DNA of 63,071 bases, filler included, from Choristocarpus tenellus KU-1152 (lineage: Eukaryota; Protista; Phaeophyceae), in NCBI GenBank assembly GCA_964200185.2. It is 12 parts of 12 records of this genome, joined end to end, with 100 filler letters (N's around TTAATTAATTAA, not from the genome) between each part and the next. Parts side by side here need not be neighbours in the genome. Positions count along the whole stretch, not along the records: positions 10,819 to 14,721 come from CAXNAD020017232.1; positions 14,822 to 20,393 come from CAXNAD020010385.1; positions 20,494 to 26,151 come from CAXNAD020010104.1; positions 26,252 to 29,643 come from CAXNAD020020346.1; 8 more parts are not named here. The stretch is one strand, 5' to 3'. Below, piece by piece: positions 12,701 to 26,424 of the stretch (position 1 is the stretch's first letter; every line of letters begins with the position of its first letter). A model generated the notes under the pieces. The model saw only the letters and a program-made list of their open reading frames with translations, searched no databases and had not been told where the DNA came from. Made by a program: the position numbers and the translations under genes.

Positions 12701-13501
12701 CAAGAGTATTTGAATTCCAAACCCAACAAGATTCAACACCCAGCCCTTTCCTCTTGTTCTAAGTTTCACAACAAAAACCTACCGTATCCACTAAATAACT
12801 TCAGATTACAGTTGTAGGCTCCCCATGTCACGGTTCAAGGAGGGAACAACTCAGGTAGCAATGCAGTATGTGCTCGACCGTTTTCTGTCTTGGGGAAGTC
12901 ATGCACTGCTGCCTCTTACAGGTTCAATTCGAGTCAACAAAAGGCAACAAAATAAAAATATTAATCTCGTATGTGCTCTCTTCTTCTTGATATTTCTTCA
13001 ACCATAGACACGAGGAATCGGCCTGACAAGACTCCGGTGTGGTGGATGGGTGGAATGAGGGTGCTCGATAAGTGCTTGCTAAATTCAACAAAGGCTTTTC
13101 ATCGCATCAACCTGTCATGCTGAGAGGGAGGGATCACGAGAACGGATACTACCTACCGAGTTGGGGTTCCATGCCTCTCTTAGGGACAGGGGAGACTGCA
13201 AAGCTGAGCTGATGGAACATTTGGGAATCCCTCTAATACAAACATTGCAACGAGACCATGATCGTCCCCCACATATGATAATACGCAAACACTTGTTGGG
13301 CACCGTACCCTATGCCCCAACACGCTCTCTTGACTGCAGTCAAGGGTTCATGTTGCCACCATGCCTTGACACGGCGAAAGGGACCTCCAGCAAAATAGTC
13401 ACAAATTAAGGTTGCACTACCCAGCTACCCAGAACTCACACCAACAGATGTCATCCCTTGAGAAAATTGACATGGAGGTGGGGAGGGAAGCTTCCCATCA
13501 C

Positions 13502-14362
13502 TCAAACCAAGTTGATTGATGAGCCTTGCAGAGCCTCTTGGATTTCAGAGTAAGTTTCCAAGGCTTGTGTGGCATCTGCTTTGTTGTCCTCATCCGTTGG
13601 CTGTAAATGCATGGGAAGCAACAAGCTTCACGTGGGATGGGAATGAGCACAAGAACGGGATGCACAGGGGCAGGATGTACAATGGCATCAGTGCGACATT
13701 TGATGGGTGAAGGGAAAAATTGGGGGCTAGGACGGGCAGCACATGGCACAACATTGTCTAAAATCACTCTAGTACGATAGCTCATCCTCATCCACAGGAA
13801 ACAGAACAATGTCTCCAGAGAAACCCTGCAAGATATTCCCTGCCAACCCAGACAAGCAGGAGCCCAGCCTTCCCATTAATGCACAAAAGAAGCATACACA
13901 CACACTCTGCCCATCCAATGTGTGACCAACACTGTTGGCTACCCGCCACCTTCCACTCTAAACACTTAAATCGCCCTACAAAAAGTCTTCGCACTAAAAT
14001 TTGCAAAAAGCTCTCTGTAATCAGACTTTCTGACACAAACCTTCCCACACCCACTGACCTCTAACCCTAACCCCAACTCCCATGACACAAACAAATCTCT
14101 GGTACTTAATGCCAGCTCTTTAGTTGTAGCCATGACCGACACGCATTCGTACCTATCAGGGATTACACCACACCACAGCTCCTGGCAATTGAATAAGAAT
14201 GATCTACGTGGAACGTTTGCCCTGCGCTTCTCCCCCCGGAGGTACTCATTAGTTGTTTGCCCCTTGCAGAGCAGGTAAATGTGGAAACCCAGGAGGGACC
14301 CCACCAGGACTGTCACCAACGCAGTCCATGCAGACAGCACCGGGCTTACAAAACAACTCCCA
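13502..14362 (-). CDS. DHHC-family protein S-acyltransferase, last two exons
   Basis: Exons 14362-14153 and 13625-13502 join in phase. TM helix, then FHIYLLCKGQTTNE (TTxE motif) and NCQELWCGVIPDSLL (PaCCT-like motif), then a stop. The DHHC exon itself lies outside the contig. Confidence 0.85.
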
Positions 14363-14821
14363 CTGTTGTTGCAGGAAGATAGGAGCAGTGGAAAAGTGCT
14401 GTCAAGGGCTACGTAAGAGATGAATTTTCTCATATTTATGAGGCGTGAATAGGCGAGAATTTCACTTCTATGCACGTCTCTTGCGTTCAATACTGGTTGC
14501 AAACACCAACATAAGGTGAGTTTTGAGTTACACGCTTGGATTGGTCGTGACGGCCTTACAACTTGCCCTGTTGGGCTGTCCCCAAATAGTATTTTCTACC
14601 ACCTGCTACAAGAAGAGTATGGGATTCTCTTCTCCTTATCTGCCCTCATTCAAACCCTGACCCCCCCACCCCCCCCGCCCCCCCCCCCCCCCCCCCCCCA
14701 CCACCCCAGCCCCCCCCCTCCNNNNNNNNNNNNNNNNNNNNNNNNNNNNNNNNNNNNNNNNNNNNTTAATTAATTAANNNNNNNNNNNNNNNNNNNNNNN
14801 NNNNNNNNNNNNNNNNNNNNN

Positions 14822-15148
14822 CCCCAAATGGACAAACAGGGCAAAACTCGTACCCTCTAATATACTTTCACTCAGGAATCAAAACATACGGAGATAAAGT
14901 GTCTGAGAGGATTAAAAAATGTCGAAATGGGGATCAAACACCAGAATTGTGATTTTGGTGTATATTTGGCTATCGTGTCTGTTAGCAAGTGTCAGTATCG
15001 TTGTTCTGGACGCACCTTTTTCATAACGTATATATGTTCCTAGTTAGGAACGTTTCAGAGTAGGTAAATGTCATAAAAAAGGCGTTGGAAGTCAAACACT
15101 AAAGGGACAAGCAGGGCAAAATTCGTGCCCTTTAAGACACCTTCGCTC
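14822..15148 (+). mobile_element. MITE family A: right end (14822-14873) plus an older full copy (~14892-15148)
   Basis: CCCCAAATGGACAAACAGGGCAAAACTCGTACCCTCTAATATACTTTCACTC terminus, followed by a diverged collinear copy. Confidence 0.8.
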
Positions 15149-15927
15149 TGTTTGTTGCACAGTTTAAATCAATGACTAATATTTGTTTGTGTGCATGTGT
15201 TGGGTGTTGTATGCAGTAAGACGTGGTTGTTGTCGCTGAGGGTGTTAGGGTTGAAGTTGTTGGTACGAGGTACGGCAAAAGGTGTAGACGGAATACTTAG
15301 TGTGTACGAATGGTTACTGGTCAAGTGATATTGTCGTACGTTCCGAGGAAAGTAGTTCGAGGTACACTTCCACAGGTTCTGGGCTGGTGCTGTGGTTAGG
15401 GCATCGTGGGTGGACTTAGGCATATGATCCCCTACGATTCGAATGACTGCTACACTTGATCGAAACTATTTCGTCGACAGTTGGGCAAAGCAAGAGGTGG
15501 TGCATACAGTATTGAAATGGATGGGGGGAGGTGCGTTATCGTGTACAAGGAATAAATAATGGCTCACAGAAGGACAGGGTATTCATCGCTGCCCTTGGCG
15601 AATCGTTTGGAAAGGTTAGCCGGGAGAATGGAGAAGAGTTGTTTGATCGATGTATTATATTTTAGGGCTGTAACATTGTAGCAGACGTGCTTTTTAAAAC
15701 AAATGATAAGACAGGTCTGATCCTCAGCGTGAGTATGATATATGATACGTTGACGACTCTGACCGATAGCTACGTGTCTTTTGTTCCACTATCTAAATGC
15801 ATAACTTGTGATGTGCAAAGTGCATGAACATGAGAGTCGGACACCATGGAAAGATGTACTCATGCAGAAATTTGCACAACCTGCAACTCTACCCGTACTT
15901 GAACAGAAAACCTGAACGACCGAAGCC

Positions 15928-17699
15928 CTATTTCAATTGCTGGGCGGACTCGAAATTGCATTCGTCACCCTTGTCCCACCACTCTGTGAGCTTAAGGTAT
16001 GCCTCGACAAGAAGGTGCCACAGATTTAGGCGCGTGGAGTACGTGGCGTTCCAAGGCTCGGGCTTCCCGAGGCTCAAGAAGATAGTTTTCTTCGCCTGGA
16101 GTGCTTCCACATTCTCAGGGCGCAACGTATTGTCTGCCTTCCCTCCACGATCGCCGAGTTTCACCTGTGTGGGCCCATGGACGTAGCACTCGTCCCCGAA
16201 AATAAGAGAAGCGACCCCTTTACCAACATTCACAAGCCTGAACCCGTGATCGTAAATGACTTGGGTTAGGACTTGCGTCTGCACTCAATACTGTGCAGAA
16301 GCAGGTTTCGTGCAGATTGTAGGAGCTCGGTGACGCACGCCTCCATGAAGGCTTCGGTGATCCCCACATTGGATGCATGGCCGGAGTTGGCCGCGTCCTG
16401 TGTGACGCAATCCTCCTCACCTCGAGATGATCTTTGGTCGTCATCGTCGTCCCTCGATGTGGGTGAACATGGATGTACCGTGCATCTGCCCATTTTAGCA
16501 GAAGCGAAGACGTCATCGAGGAAGTCAGGTTCTAATGCGCTGCCATCAGGATCAACAGGCTGTTTGAAACGTCTCGTCTGTCCAGCATCTTCTCTCGCCC
16601 TCTTTTTCCTAATTAGTGTTCTAGATTCCCGGGCTTCGCCCTCCTCGGAAGGCTTGCCCCTCTGGGTTGTGGAACTGTCATGGTTCTCACTTGGCCTCAC
16701 ACCATGGTTGTACATGTTCCAAGGCACCTTTGCATCATCGTCACCGCTGCCCACCGAATGGGCGTTCAGGGACATCCCTGTGTCACTCCGGAGAGGCGTG
16801 GACTCCGAGTCCTTGCCTCGCCACCCCCTCACGTCCTCCACAGGAAGTTCCTCTGGACATGTGAAAACGTCACCGTCGGGTCGGTCCCCCTCGTCTTCGG
16901 AGTCTTCTCTAACCCTCCTTTTCCTAATCAGGGTCCTTTTGCCCTTCTCTTTATCCTTCTTGAAAGGCTTCTTCGTCGGGGTTGTGTTACGATCAATATG
17001 TACGCGGTTTTCGCTTCGCCTCACACTATGGTCGTACACATTCCCTGGTACTTGTGACTCTGTTCCGCCGCTGTCCACTGAATGGGCGTTCGTGGACATC
17101 CCTGTGGCACTCCTGAGAGCCGTGTACTCTGAGTCCTCACCTAACCGCCCTCTCACGTCCTCCATAGGAAGTTCCTCTGGACCTGACAAGTCGAAACAAA
17201 CGGGTCGGTCCACCTCGTCTTCAGAGTCTTCTCTAACCCTCTTTGTCCTAATCAGGGTCCTTTTGTGCTTCCCTTTGTCCTTCTTGGAACTTTTCTCCCT
17301 CGTATGTACGCGGTTTTCGCTTCACCTCACACTGTGGTCGCACATGTTCCGTGGTATTTGTGACTCAGTTCCGCCGCTGTCCAGTGAATGGGCGTTTGTG
17401 GACATCCCTGTGGCACTCTTGTCAGGCGTGTACTCCGAGTCGTTGCCTAGCCGCCCACTCACGTCCTCCATAGGAATTTCCTCTGGGCCTGACAATACGT
17501 TACAAACGGGTCGGCCCCCATCGCCTTGAGAGTCGTGTTCCGAGGGTGTGATTGTATTCCTCCCCCTCTCTAGGTTCCTGCTTCCCGCACCTATTGCAGG
17601 GCTAGGTGATGGGTTATCTTGCTCCTCTCGCGCACCTGGTGCGTCGGATCTCCCACAAGGTATGCTGGTGGATACGCCACCAGCTACCGGTGTCTTCAC
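15928..17699 (-). pseudogene. Disrupted long ORF with a ~100-aa internal triplication
   Basis: ORFs 17699-17322 and 17213-16266 are in one frame, split by a TGA where the sister repeat has CGA. A frameshift leads into 16284-15928. Confidence 0.55.
16590..17525. repeat. Imperfect tandem triplication, unit ~300-320 bp
   Basis: GAATGGGCGTT...GACATCCCTGTG...CACGTCCTCCA recurs at ~16757, ~17080 and ~17386. Confidence 0.9.
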
Positions 17700-20161
17700 C
17701 AGTGCAAAATGGTCAATGTCGAGAGCTTGTCCTACAGGAGTTTGATAGGATCCGGGTCAAGGTTGAAACCATGTGATGACCAGGCCTCCCGGTCGTGTTT
17801 GGAGACGGGCAACTTCTCTCTCGTGAGCTGCGTTGGTCTCGGACTTGAACTTATTGAGGTTGTGCTCGGACGTCGAAAGGTTCTCTGGCGTGATCATAAT
17901 GTGAGTGACACGCGTTATCTCTGTGATGGCGGAGGAGCGGCGAAGGTCGTAGCGATGTGGGGGTAAAAACGACAGGAGGATTTGTTAGTGTTAGGAGGCA
18001 AGGGATGAGATAGAGAGGTTCGTGAGAAGGAGTACGTGGGGCAGGATGCAGAGGAGAATACGGAGGCTGTGGAAAGGATGGATGGACCAGACTAGTGGCG
18101 GTTCTTTGAAGGTGTGCCGATGATGCGAGCCCTCAGGACAGGGGGACGAATAGGGCTGGTAAGAAAGGGTGAAGTGGAAGCGTACTGGACTAGCATGTAA
18201 CCGCGACATAATTTCTCTCTTTTCGCGGGGTTCTGACAATGGGTACAACATAGGCAAAGTACGACACAGCGTGTACGACGAGCAAGTTCGTAACCTTTGA
18301 AAGAACCGGAGATCCCTGTGACAACGTTCGTTGTGTAACTGTTGAGCGTCGATAGGATGGAGGAGAGTTGTGTGTTTGGTGTGGGGAAGGGTGCTTGGAT
18401 TTTCACCTATGGCGATGTCGTGCAATGCTGCAATTGCTCGCCTGTGAATTCGTAGCTGTTGCTCAGGGTAACGCCCTCAGAGTATTTGATGATGTCCAGG
18501 TATTTTGTGCCCTCCTCCACATCCCGCATCAACATGAGGTCTCTTATCACCTGTGGAATTGAGGGAGTAGATAAATGTGCGCAATCAGGGCGTTTATTGT
18601 GATATGGCTTTACACGATGAACTGAAATGCGGTGGATAGGTGAAGTGATGAACTAATACTATTGAGTACCTTGTCACTTATGGTGTATTTCTTGGTAGGA
18701 GGACCCTCTGCTGCAGACTCTCCTGGTGAATTGTCAGCGTAGGGGTCTATCCCGAGCCTGTCCTTCTCTTTCAGGTGCTTCATAACCTGAACTGCGACCT
18801 CCAGGACGGCCCCCTTGATGAGTACGTCCTTGGTGTGCATACGTCTCAGGTATGCCAATTGCACCCTCCAGGGTTGCGCTTCCCAATCCTCCTCCGCCTT
18901 CGCGGCAGACACAGGGTCTGGATCGCCGACTCCTGTTTTATTTTTCTTCCCCTTTCCTCTTGTCTTCTTCCCTTTGTCATGGTCGGCTGGGGGCCATTTG
19001 TTCCGGACGCCCCTAAGGGTGTGGGAGAACTGTCGTGGAGAAGTACATGGGCGCTGGAACGGTGAGTGACATGGATAACACTGGTGTCTGTCTTGCGGGG
19101 TATGAACTAGGTGGTAAACATTGCGGCTGTTGCAGGGTCAGGAGGGGGATATACGCATATACATCCATACGCTACTTCAATCGTCACCGTCAAAATCGAC
19201 TTACCCATTCCTCTGGAAATGTCTCCATCCCAACAACATACATCAACGCGAGCGCGTCAGTAGGCAGTTTTCTGGCTGCCTGCTCTGAGAAGACGTGCAC
19301 AGCCACTTCGACAATGTCGCGCCATCGATGACCTCGGGGAGTCTCCCCTCTCAGGATGGATAGTTCGACTCCAGCGAGAACATCAGTGCACATTCTAGCG
19401 AAATACTGCCCCTTGACCTCGTTCGTGAGCTACATGTGCATGAAATGTGCGACAGAGTGTGGTTAGGATATCCGTAAAGAATGAGCTTCAAGGATGTCGA
19501 GGAATTAAAATTGGCAGTGTATATGCCAGGGAGGGAAAAGCAGGGGATGCGAGTAGTGCATCGGAAACTTACGGCCATGGGGATCGCTGGAAATCGATCG
19601 CTCTACCGTTGGTCAGAACACGTCAAATCCTTCAATTGCTGTCTGCTCTATGTCAAGTGTGCCGATGTCGAGTGGAGACAAAATGGTTGGGAACGTTTAT
19701 CCCACCTTTGTCATGTACATGTGATTGAATCCACCGCTGTTCTTAAGAGAATCCATGGCAGCGTCTGGGTTGGCATTCCAGAGCACAGTGAACATGTGAA
19801 CCGCTCTGAAGTCGAATTTGTCCTGGTCGGGTGCGCGGTGGATGAGTGGGGGATAAGGTAATATGATCAGGACAGAAGAACATGGGAGTGGGAGCGGGTT
19901 TGTTGGTTGCTGGTGAGTGTCATATGGTCGATAGTGAAACACATGTGTGAAAAGTCAATTCAAACTCATAGTATTGGAAGGCAGGGGTTACTACTGTGTT
20001 GTTGTTGGACTGTTGGTGATGGGGGGTATTTCATGTACTAATATTAAAACGGGTGCATCGCGCTTACATTCGATCCCTCGCGCTTCTTGTGCTCTCTCCA
20101 CACACCGAGAAGGATCTCCTCCAGTTCTTTTGTCTCTGTTGGAGGATAGCAGGGGGAAGAG

Positions 20162-20393
20162 GAGTGAAAGTATCTTAGAGGGTATGAGTTTTGCCCTGTT
20201 TGTCCATTTGGGTTTTGGCTTCCCATGGGTTTTTAATGACATTTTCCTACTCCAAAATATTTTGGAGTGTGTAAAAGAGCCAAAGTATCTTAGAGGGTAG
20301 AGCCGCGTACATTTGGGGGTCAAAATCTAAAGTTGCGATTTTGATGTAATTTTGGTATTGTGTTAGTTAGGAAGTGTCAATATCAATGTTCTG
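20162..20393. mobile_element. Nested MITE family A copies
   Basis: A reverse-orientation copy starts at 20162 (GAGTGAAAGTATCTTAGAGGG) and is interrupted at 20277 by a forward copy (GAGCCAAAGTATCTTAGAGGG) that runs to the contig end. Confidence 0.85.
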
Positions 20394-23300
20394 NNNNNNN
20401 NNNNNNNNNNNNNNNNNNNNNNNNNNNNNNNNNNNNNTTAATTAATTAANNNNNNNNNNNNNNNNNNNNNNNNNNNNNNNNNNNNNNNNNNNNCTCACAA
20501 ACCACCCCCCCCCCCCAGATACTTTGACCCTTCTATTAGCGTATTATTTAACTCTTCCGTGCCTTGTTTGTAGTGACAAGTACTCCTCATGTTGTCCTCC
20601 TCCTATTCTTACTGGCGCACAGGGTAGGTTTGCTCGCACCACTGGGCTACCTACTACTGTCTTTTCTGTGTTGCTTCAGTACTATTTCTTATTTTTTAGT
20701 ACTTCCAAATAGTCTTCTATTGTTATCATTTTTTTTTATTGACTACCTCCTTGTGCTGTCATTGAGTGAAGCAACTGCTGCTTCTGAACTCATTCAAGAG
20801 GGTGTTGTACTCAGGCATTGTGGTAGAGAAAACCAAGCGATGATGGTATGATCTCTTGTTATCCTTATCAACCTCTCGTTTTCACAATCCGTTTGTACTT
20901 CATACGTCAGGACAACCTCCCAATCACAACAGAACAGTGCTGTTACAAGCCTCCCTCCTTGTGTCATTAACAGTGTTATTGCTATTAGTGGTAGCTTACA
21001 TTCAATCTTTTTCTTCTCCTTTGTGTGAGTTACCTCTCTCACATTCTTGTAGATGCACACAAGCACTTGAGATTTTTGGGGTGGAATATGGGCCTAGTTA
21101 GCCGGATTTAGGCGAAGAAACATCGTTTGCTGCCTTTCTTGTTACTCCATGGCGAGAGTGCCCGTTGTTGTTCTTCTCACGTTCTTGTATCGCCATAGCC
21201 AACAGTGAGTACTTTGACCTTGTGCATCCTTTCTCTCAGCGTTACCGTCACTCAGTACTAGTAGCAGTAGCCGCTGGTACTACTACTAGAACCACTACTG
21301 CACGCATTTATTCTATCCTTTATGTTGTGAGATGCGTGGTGATGATGATGATGAAGTGCAGAAAACATTGATTGATGGTCGATCCTTTTCATAATAGGGG
21401 GGGGTGTTGATTCTGGACCTGACGCCTCCTCCTCTCCCGCTCCTCTAACACTCACTCTATCTATTCAATTATTTGTTGTTCCCATCACTATTGTAGTGGT
21501 AGTAGTTGTAGTATTATTAATAAAGCACACTAGTTGTAGTTAGTGGTTGGTTATAGGACTGCTACTAGTCGTAGTGGTTGTGGGTGGTACAGAAAAAAAC
21601 ATCCGTAAACACAGAACACACTAAAAAAAACAATAACAGGGGTCATCGTTAGTGAGTGAAGGGGGTACGTGACGCTTTCATTGCCTACAGATCGTGTATA
21701 CGCACCCCACAATGTCCAAGACAAGGACTCATTTCAACAGGCTCCTCACTACGAACAAACTACAAATATCCAGTACAAAACTCTATTTCAGGTCCATCTC
21801 CCAGAACTTAACGGTAAAAAGGATACATTTTCAAGGAAATTTCACTATATGTTTCAATATACGACCTTGTCGTCAACATATTCTGGATGACTATCCACCC
21901 ACAAAATTTTGGGAGTCTTGTGGGTTCAAACTCTGTTTGTAGAAGAAGCGAGATTTTGATCACAGAAAATTTCCTCTCCATTAACCTTATGAGAGTGGAT
22001 TGGGAAGGTACACCTATCCCTCTGTATCTTCCACAACTTGGTAGACAAGAATACGACGGAGAAAGTTCTGGATGGCTGAAGCAAAGATTCATTGTTAAGG
22101 GATGGAGAACTCATTTCAATGAATAGAGGAAACGTAACAGAAAGTGGTTGGCGAGGTGGACCCTACAATAAAAAACTACGTGTAATTAGTTTTGTTAAAT
22201 AGTGCAATTGGTAGTTTGTACAGAAGAAGAAATACTCAGTTTTCAGTTCAATGTACTCACCAAGTCTATAGTAGGAAGTAAGCAAGAAATAGATATTGCA
22301 GAACAATTGTGTTTTGGGGTTGAAGTATGTGTTACAGAGTTCGATATTGTTTTTTAGTTTTCGCTGGAATTTCCTATCTTGCCGTTCCTCAGCTTCTAAT
22401 TCCCCATCACAGATTTTTGGAAATGCGATTGGATGTGAATTAGTGTATGGCGGTAAAACCGTTACAATGTGTTCTGACAACCAACCCAATAAACACGATT
22501 CTCGCTACTACTACTATCCAATTAATTGTATTGGTGTAGTTGAAAACATACACATTCTTTAGATTGTAAGAAGATGACTTGGGGGGTTTTCTAAATTTTC
22601 AAGTTCACCTACAATTGTAAACAAAAAGCGGAGGTTCCACAATAAGAAAGGGAGGAGGAGAGAGCGTTGATAAAGGGAGAGCAATACCCTGGTAATAATT
22701 TTGTTGAGATTGGTGACATTGACTGAGCTTTTCCTCTTCTTTGAATGTTTCCGTTGTTAGCCGCCATTCTCTTGGCGGGGATGGCAGGGGCTGGGCCTGT
22801 CGTGCTGAGTGAGTCCTGTGGAGACGGCAACATAGAGAAGACTCAGAATGTGACGCTAGATGAGGTGGAAAAGGCCATGAGGAAGAAGAGCCGGCCGGTG
22901 GAGTTGAAGGTGTGAGATCCAACCGGTTGCTGAACGTTGGTGCGAGATAATGGAGGAGAGATGTCCTAGGACTTGTGAACCTTTGATGTTGAACCTGTGA
23001 GTTGATGAGTGTTGGTTCTATCCGGTTTAGAATTCTGGCGCGAACCGGGTTGGGGTCATGTGAATTTCATGCCAAGTTGTTTTTGTGACATCTAGTGAGT
23101 TTGCTGACAAATGAGTTTTTTCTGGAAATCTGATGTGAAGAACACGCCACCGTTTATCTTAAGAGGGAAAAAGGAGTGAAGGATGGCGGTGGATAACACT
23201 CCGAGAAAATCATTTCTTAGGGTTGTGTAACTGTTTTGGTGTTGTGATGGATTACCTCTATCCTGGCAAATCAGTATCTCTACCCAGAGTCTTTCCCAAG

Positions 23301-24286
23301 GCCTTCATTAGTAGCACTCTGTACTGTGCGGCATGGAGATCATCACTGTTACAGATCGTCGCAGATACGTCAAACGATTCAGCATCGACTCTGGACATCA
23401 ACCTCCTCCACTCCCACAATTGTCTATGCCATAGAAATGGAAATTCAGCATGGTTTCGTAAGAATCTGTTTGAGTATGATCCACAAAGGATGATATTGGC
23501 ACACGTACTCTGCAGTCGTTACATAACAAGAATTGTCATCATACAGCTCCTTGCTGTAGCTCTCCCGAGTGACTCTATCCGCCGTTACCCACGGTAAAAT
23601 TCTTTCCCGTTACCCATTTTTCTCGCATTGGTGACCTTACATGATCTCAAGAGTGCATGCGCTAGAAGAAATTTCAACCTACGTATCTCGATTTTGGTCA
23701 AATGTTAATACCAAGCTGTAGCACTAATCCATCAATTTTTTCTATGACCTGTCTTTTGATTGATTACAAATGGTCGGATTTATGTTTCTACCGTCTTTCA
23801 GGGTTCTGTTATGGTAGGGTGGGGGTACAGAAAACATTTCAACAAGGTTGGGGGTATTACTTTAGATTGCTCCTTTTTCGCTCTATCAAAGCTCTTGAAG
23901 CGCGCATATCGTCTGGAGACTGTGAGGTTTGTTGAAGTATTTTTTGTTCGCGGTAAATGGGAGGTGTTGAAAGTCAGAAAAATTTGGACGGAATCCCACC
24001 GCAAAACTTGATTGATTTGACTGTCCACGGGTAAGGAGACAAATCGGTAGAGGGTAATGAAGGTGTACAGGGATTGCGTTGTACCATACACAGTATAGTG
24101 AGGTTTATGTCGTCTGAAGAGTTAGCTCCATACAGGAGGAAGAGGAAAAAAAGATGCTGAGAGGATATCTTCCCCTGCTCCCTTACCTCCCCTTTAACTG
24201 ATTCACCTCACATGCCTCAAGAGAAGAAGTTTGTCCATTTTCCCCATCTCATTTTGTTGTGCCTTTTGATTTGTTGTGTACTCAAG

Positions 24287-25655
24287 GTTATTGCCGAGGG
24301 AAGTCTGTATGAGGTACCAGAGGGGGTCAAAATGATGACTCCTTCGGAAAATGAGGCTCAGAAAGCGTGGTGGAAGGTGGGTAACCCATGTTTTTTTTCT
24401 TTAAATTAATTTTTTGTATGTAACGGCTCTCGGTTCAATTTCGGTTCATTTTCTTTTTGTTCCGTTGTAATTTAGAAGCGGGTCAAAGGTGAGTGGCGAT
24501 CCGCCTTGTCCCTTACCTGGTTGCATGGGAATGGTAAGTAAAATGAAGCAACAGATTTGTTGGAGTGGTGGAAAGACACGTGATGGAAAACGCCTCCCAC
24601 AATGCAGAATTAGACTGCGTCCGTTGACAATGCCCCGGTGGGCACTGTACCTGGTTGAGACCAATATCAACCCCCAAGGCAATGGCCTTTGAACTAGGGT
24701 GAGATGTTACTGCCGCCAAAAACAGTTACAGGCTTCAGCTGTCTAAACTCGGTCCATCTCAGCCTGTGTCATGAAACTGACTTGTATTAGGGCTACGGCA
24801 GTGTGGCCTGGAGTGGGCGCCCTGACTGTGATGGAAGCATCCTCGAAAGCCCACCGCCTTTCAGAGGTGGTGGAACTTTTCAGACAGTGACTGAACGCGC
24901 TTGCCAGAAATGGCCACAATTTTTTTATTTTATTTATTTATTTATTTTGGGGGGGTGGGTGGGAGGTGGGGGTATAAAACCTCGCCAGTATGAGGCGGTT
25001 CTTAACACCTGCTGGAGCCACGACGACTTCCATGTGCGAATCATCATGTGAACAAGGTGTGATCCTCTCGGGAGCGCGAAGACCGGTCCGAGAAAGGACC
25101 TTCAACTTTTTCTTCTTTTTTTTTCTTGCTCTCGTCAACGCAGGCAGGGAGTGGACGCCCCAGCAAGGTGAGAAACGCGATTTTGTTCTGAATCTGATGC
25201 TATTGTTGTCTGATCCGAATGCGTCCTTGGTACGTGTAGGCGTGTGGTGTGATCCTTTTTGGTTTTTGGGGTTGGTTGTTCCGACGGTCCGTCATCGATG
25301 CCGGCATTTGTCGATGAGATGTCGATGAGATGTCAATGAGATGTCAATGAGATGTCAATGAGATGTCAATGGGTCCTCCCGTCTTTTGTTCCCTTTTCTG
25401 TGACAAATCACGGGAAACATCGAATTGTGTTTCCCGTGACAAATATTTTCTGTCTTTTCTGTGTCATGGCCATCTGTACTTATGTATGTATGTATGTATG
25501 TATCATATATATTTATTATTTTATTTGTGTGTGTGTGTTTGTGTGTCTGTGTCTCTGTGTCTGTGTGTCTGTGTGTCCAGGACTGTGGTGCTGGTGAAGG
25601 GAAGAGGATGTCAGGTTGTTATCGCTGACTCTACACTGAAAAGCCCCCGAGGCAG
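24287..25655 (+). CDS. Probable multi-exon hypothetical protein fragment
   Basis: Several AG...GT-bounded open segments (VIAEGSLYEVPEG...AWWK; QGVDAPAR joining TVVLVKGRGCQVVIADS in phase). I could not build a complete phase-consistent chain. Confidence 0.35.
25310..25371. repeat. 11-bp minisatellite
   Basis: (GTCRATGAGAT) repeated about 5.5 times. Confidence 0.9.
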
Positions 25656-26424
25656 GTCATAAAACTGTTTTGGAGTTGGGAGTTGGGAGTTGGTTGATGT
25701 TGGTCTCGAGTGGATCACTGGTGGGTTGGACGTGGATTATGTGAGGAGACCAGAGTGACCCACGGATGAATACGGACCTCCGTTGACCAGCATAAGGCCG
25801 GCACTGCAGGGCACTCGTGTGCATGGGGTGTGAAGTGGCAAGGTTGAAGTTATGTGATGGCACTGGTGGAGGATCGGCAGGGCAGGCTCTCCCACCTCAA
25901 CAACCCGTCTCTGTTCACATCAAACCAACTGAGAGATAAGGCATGGTTGCTCATTTAGGGATTAAAGATGTCCCAGAACATGCACTCCTCGTTTAGAACG
26001 TCTCCATAACATTGCGAGGCGTATGACCTTTTGTGAGCGGGACCAGCAGAGGTGCAGGGTGGGGGTAAGGTGTATGCAACTGGAGCAACGGATAGGGGGC
26101 AGGACTGTCCATCCAGGCAGGGAGAAGGTTTTTGCCTGGGTGAAAGGGGGGNNNNNNNNNNNNNNNNNNNNNNNNNNNNNNNNNNNNNNNNNNNNTTAAT
26201 TAATTAANNNNNNNNNNNNNNNNNNNNNNNNNNNNNNNNNNNNNNNNNNNNAGTAAGCGAGATTTGACAGTCCCTTTCCTGCTATAACCTCCCGCCTCTC
26301 CCCCCCCCTACTGCGTATGTAGCCAACTCATCCAGAAAACTGAAGGTGGCAATCGTACCTTATCGTACCAAAGAAAGTCCAGGGTTACTGTACAGATGTA
26401 AGGGGGCATTGTAGTGAAGCTACT

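Noticed and set aside
14659-14721. Poly-C/poly-G tracts at contig ends as poly-Pro/Gly coding or G-quadruplexes
   Set aside because: They sit at low-quality contig termini (also 3410-3506, 10666-10690, 36824-36900, 62963-63071) and are probably sequencing or assembly noise.
16273-17529. 418-aa plus-strand ORF
   Set aside because: Ser/Leu-rich antisense shadow of the charged minus-strand repeat ORF.
21669-24091. Short ORFs in the 21.7-24.1 kb region as genes
   Set aside because: No recognisable motifs or consistent splice chain; likely degenerate repeats.
25144-25655. GVDAPARTVV as Ski2-like helicase motif V
   Set aside because: No other helicase motifs in neighbouring exons; may be chance.
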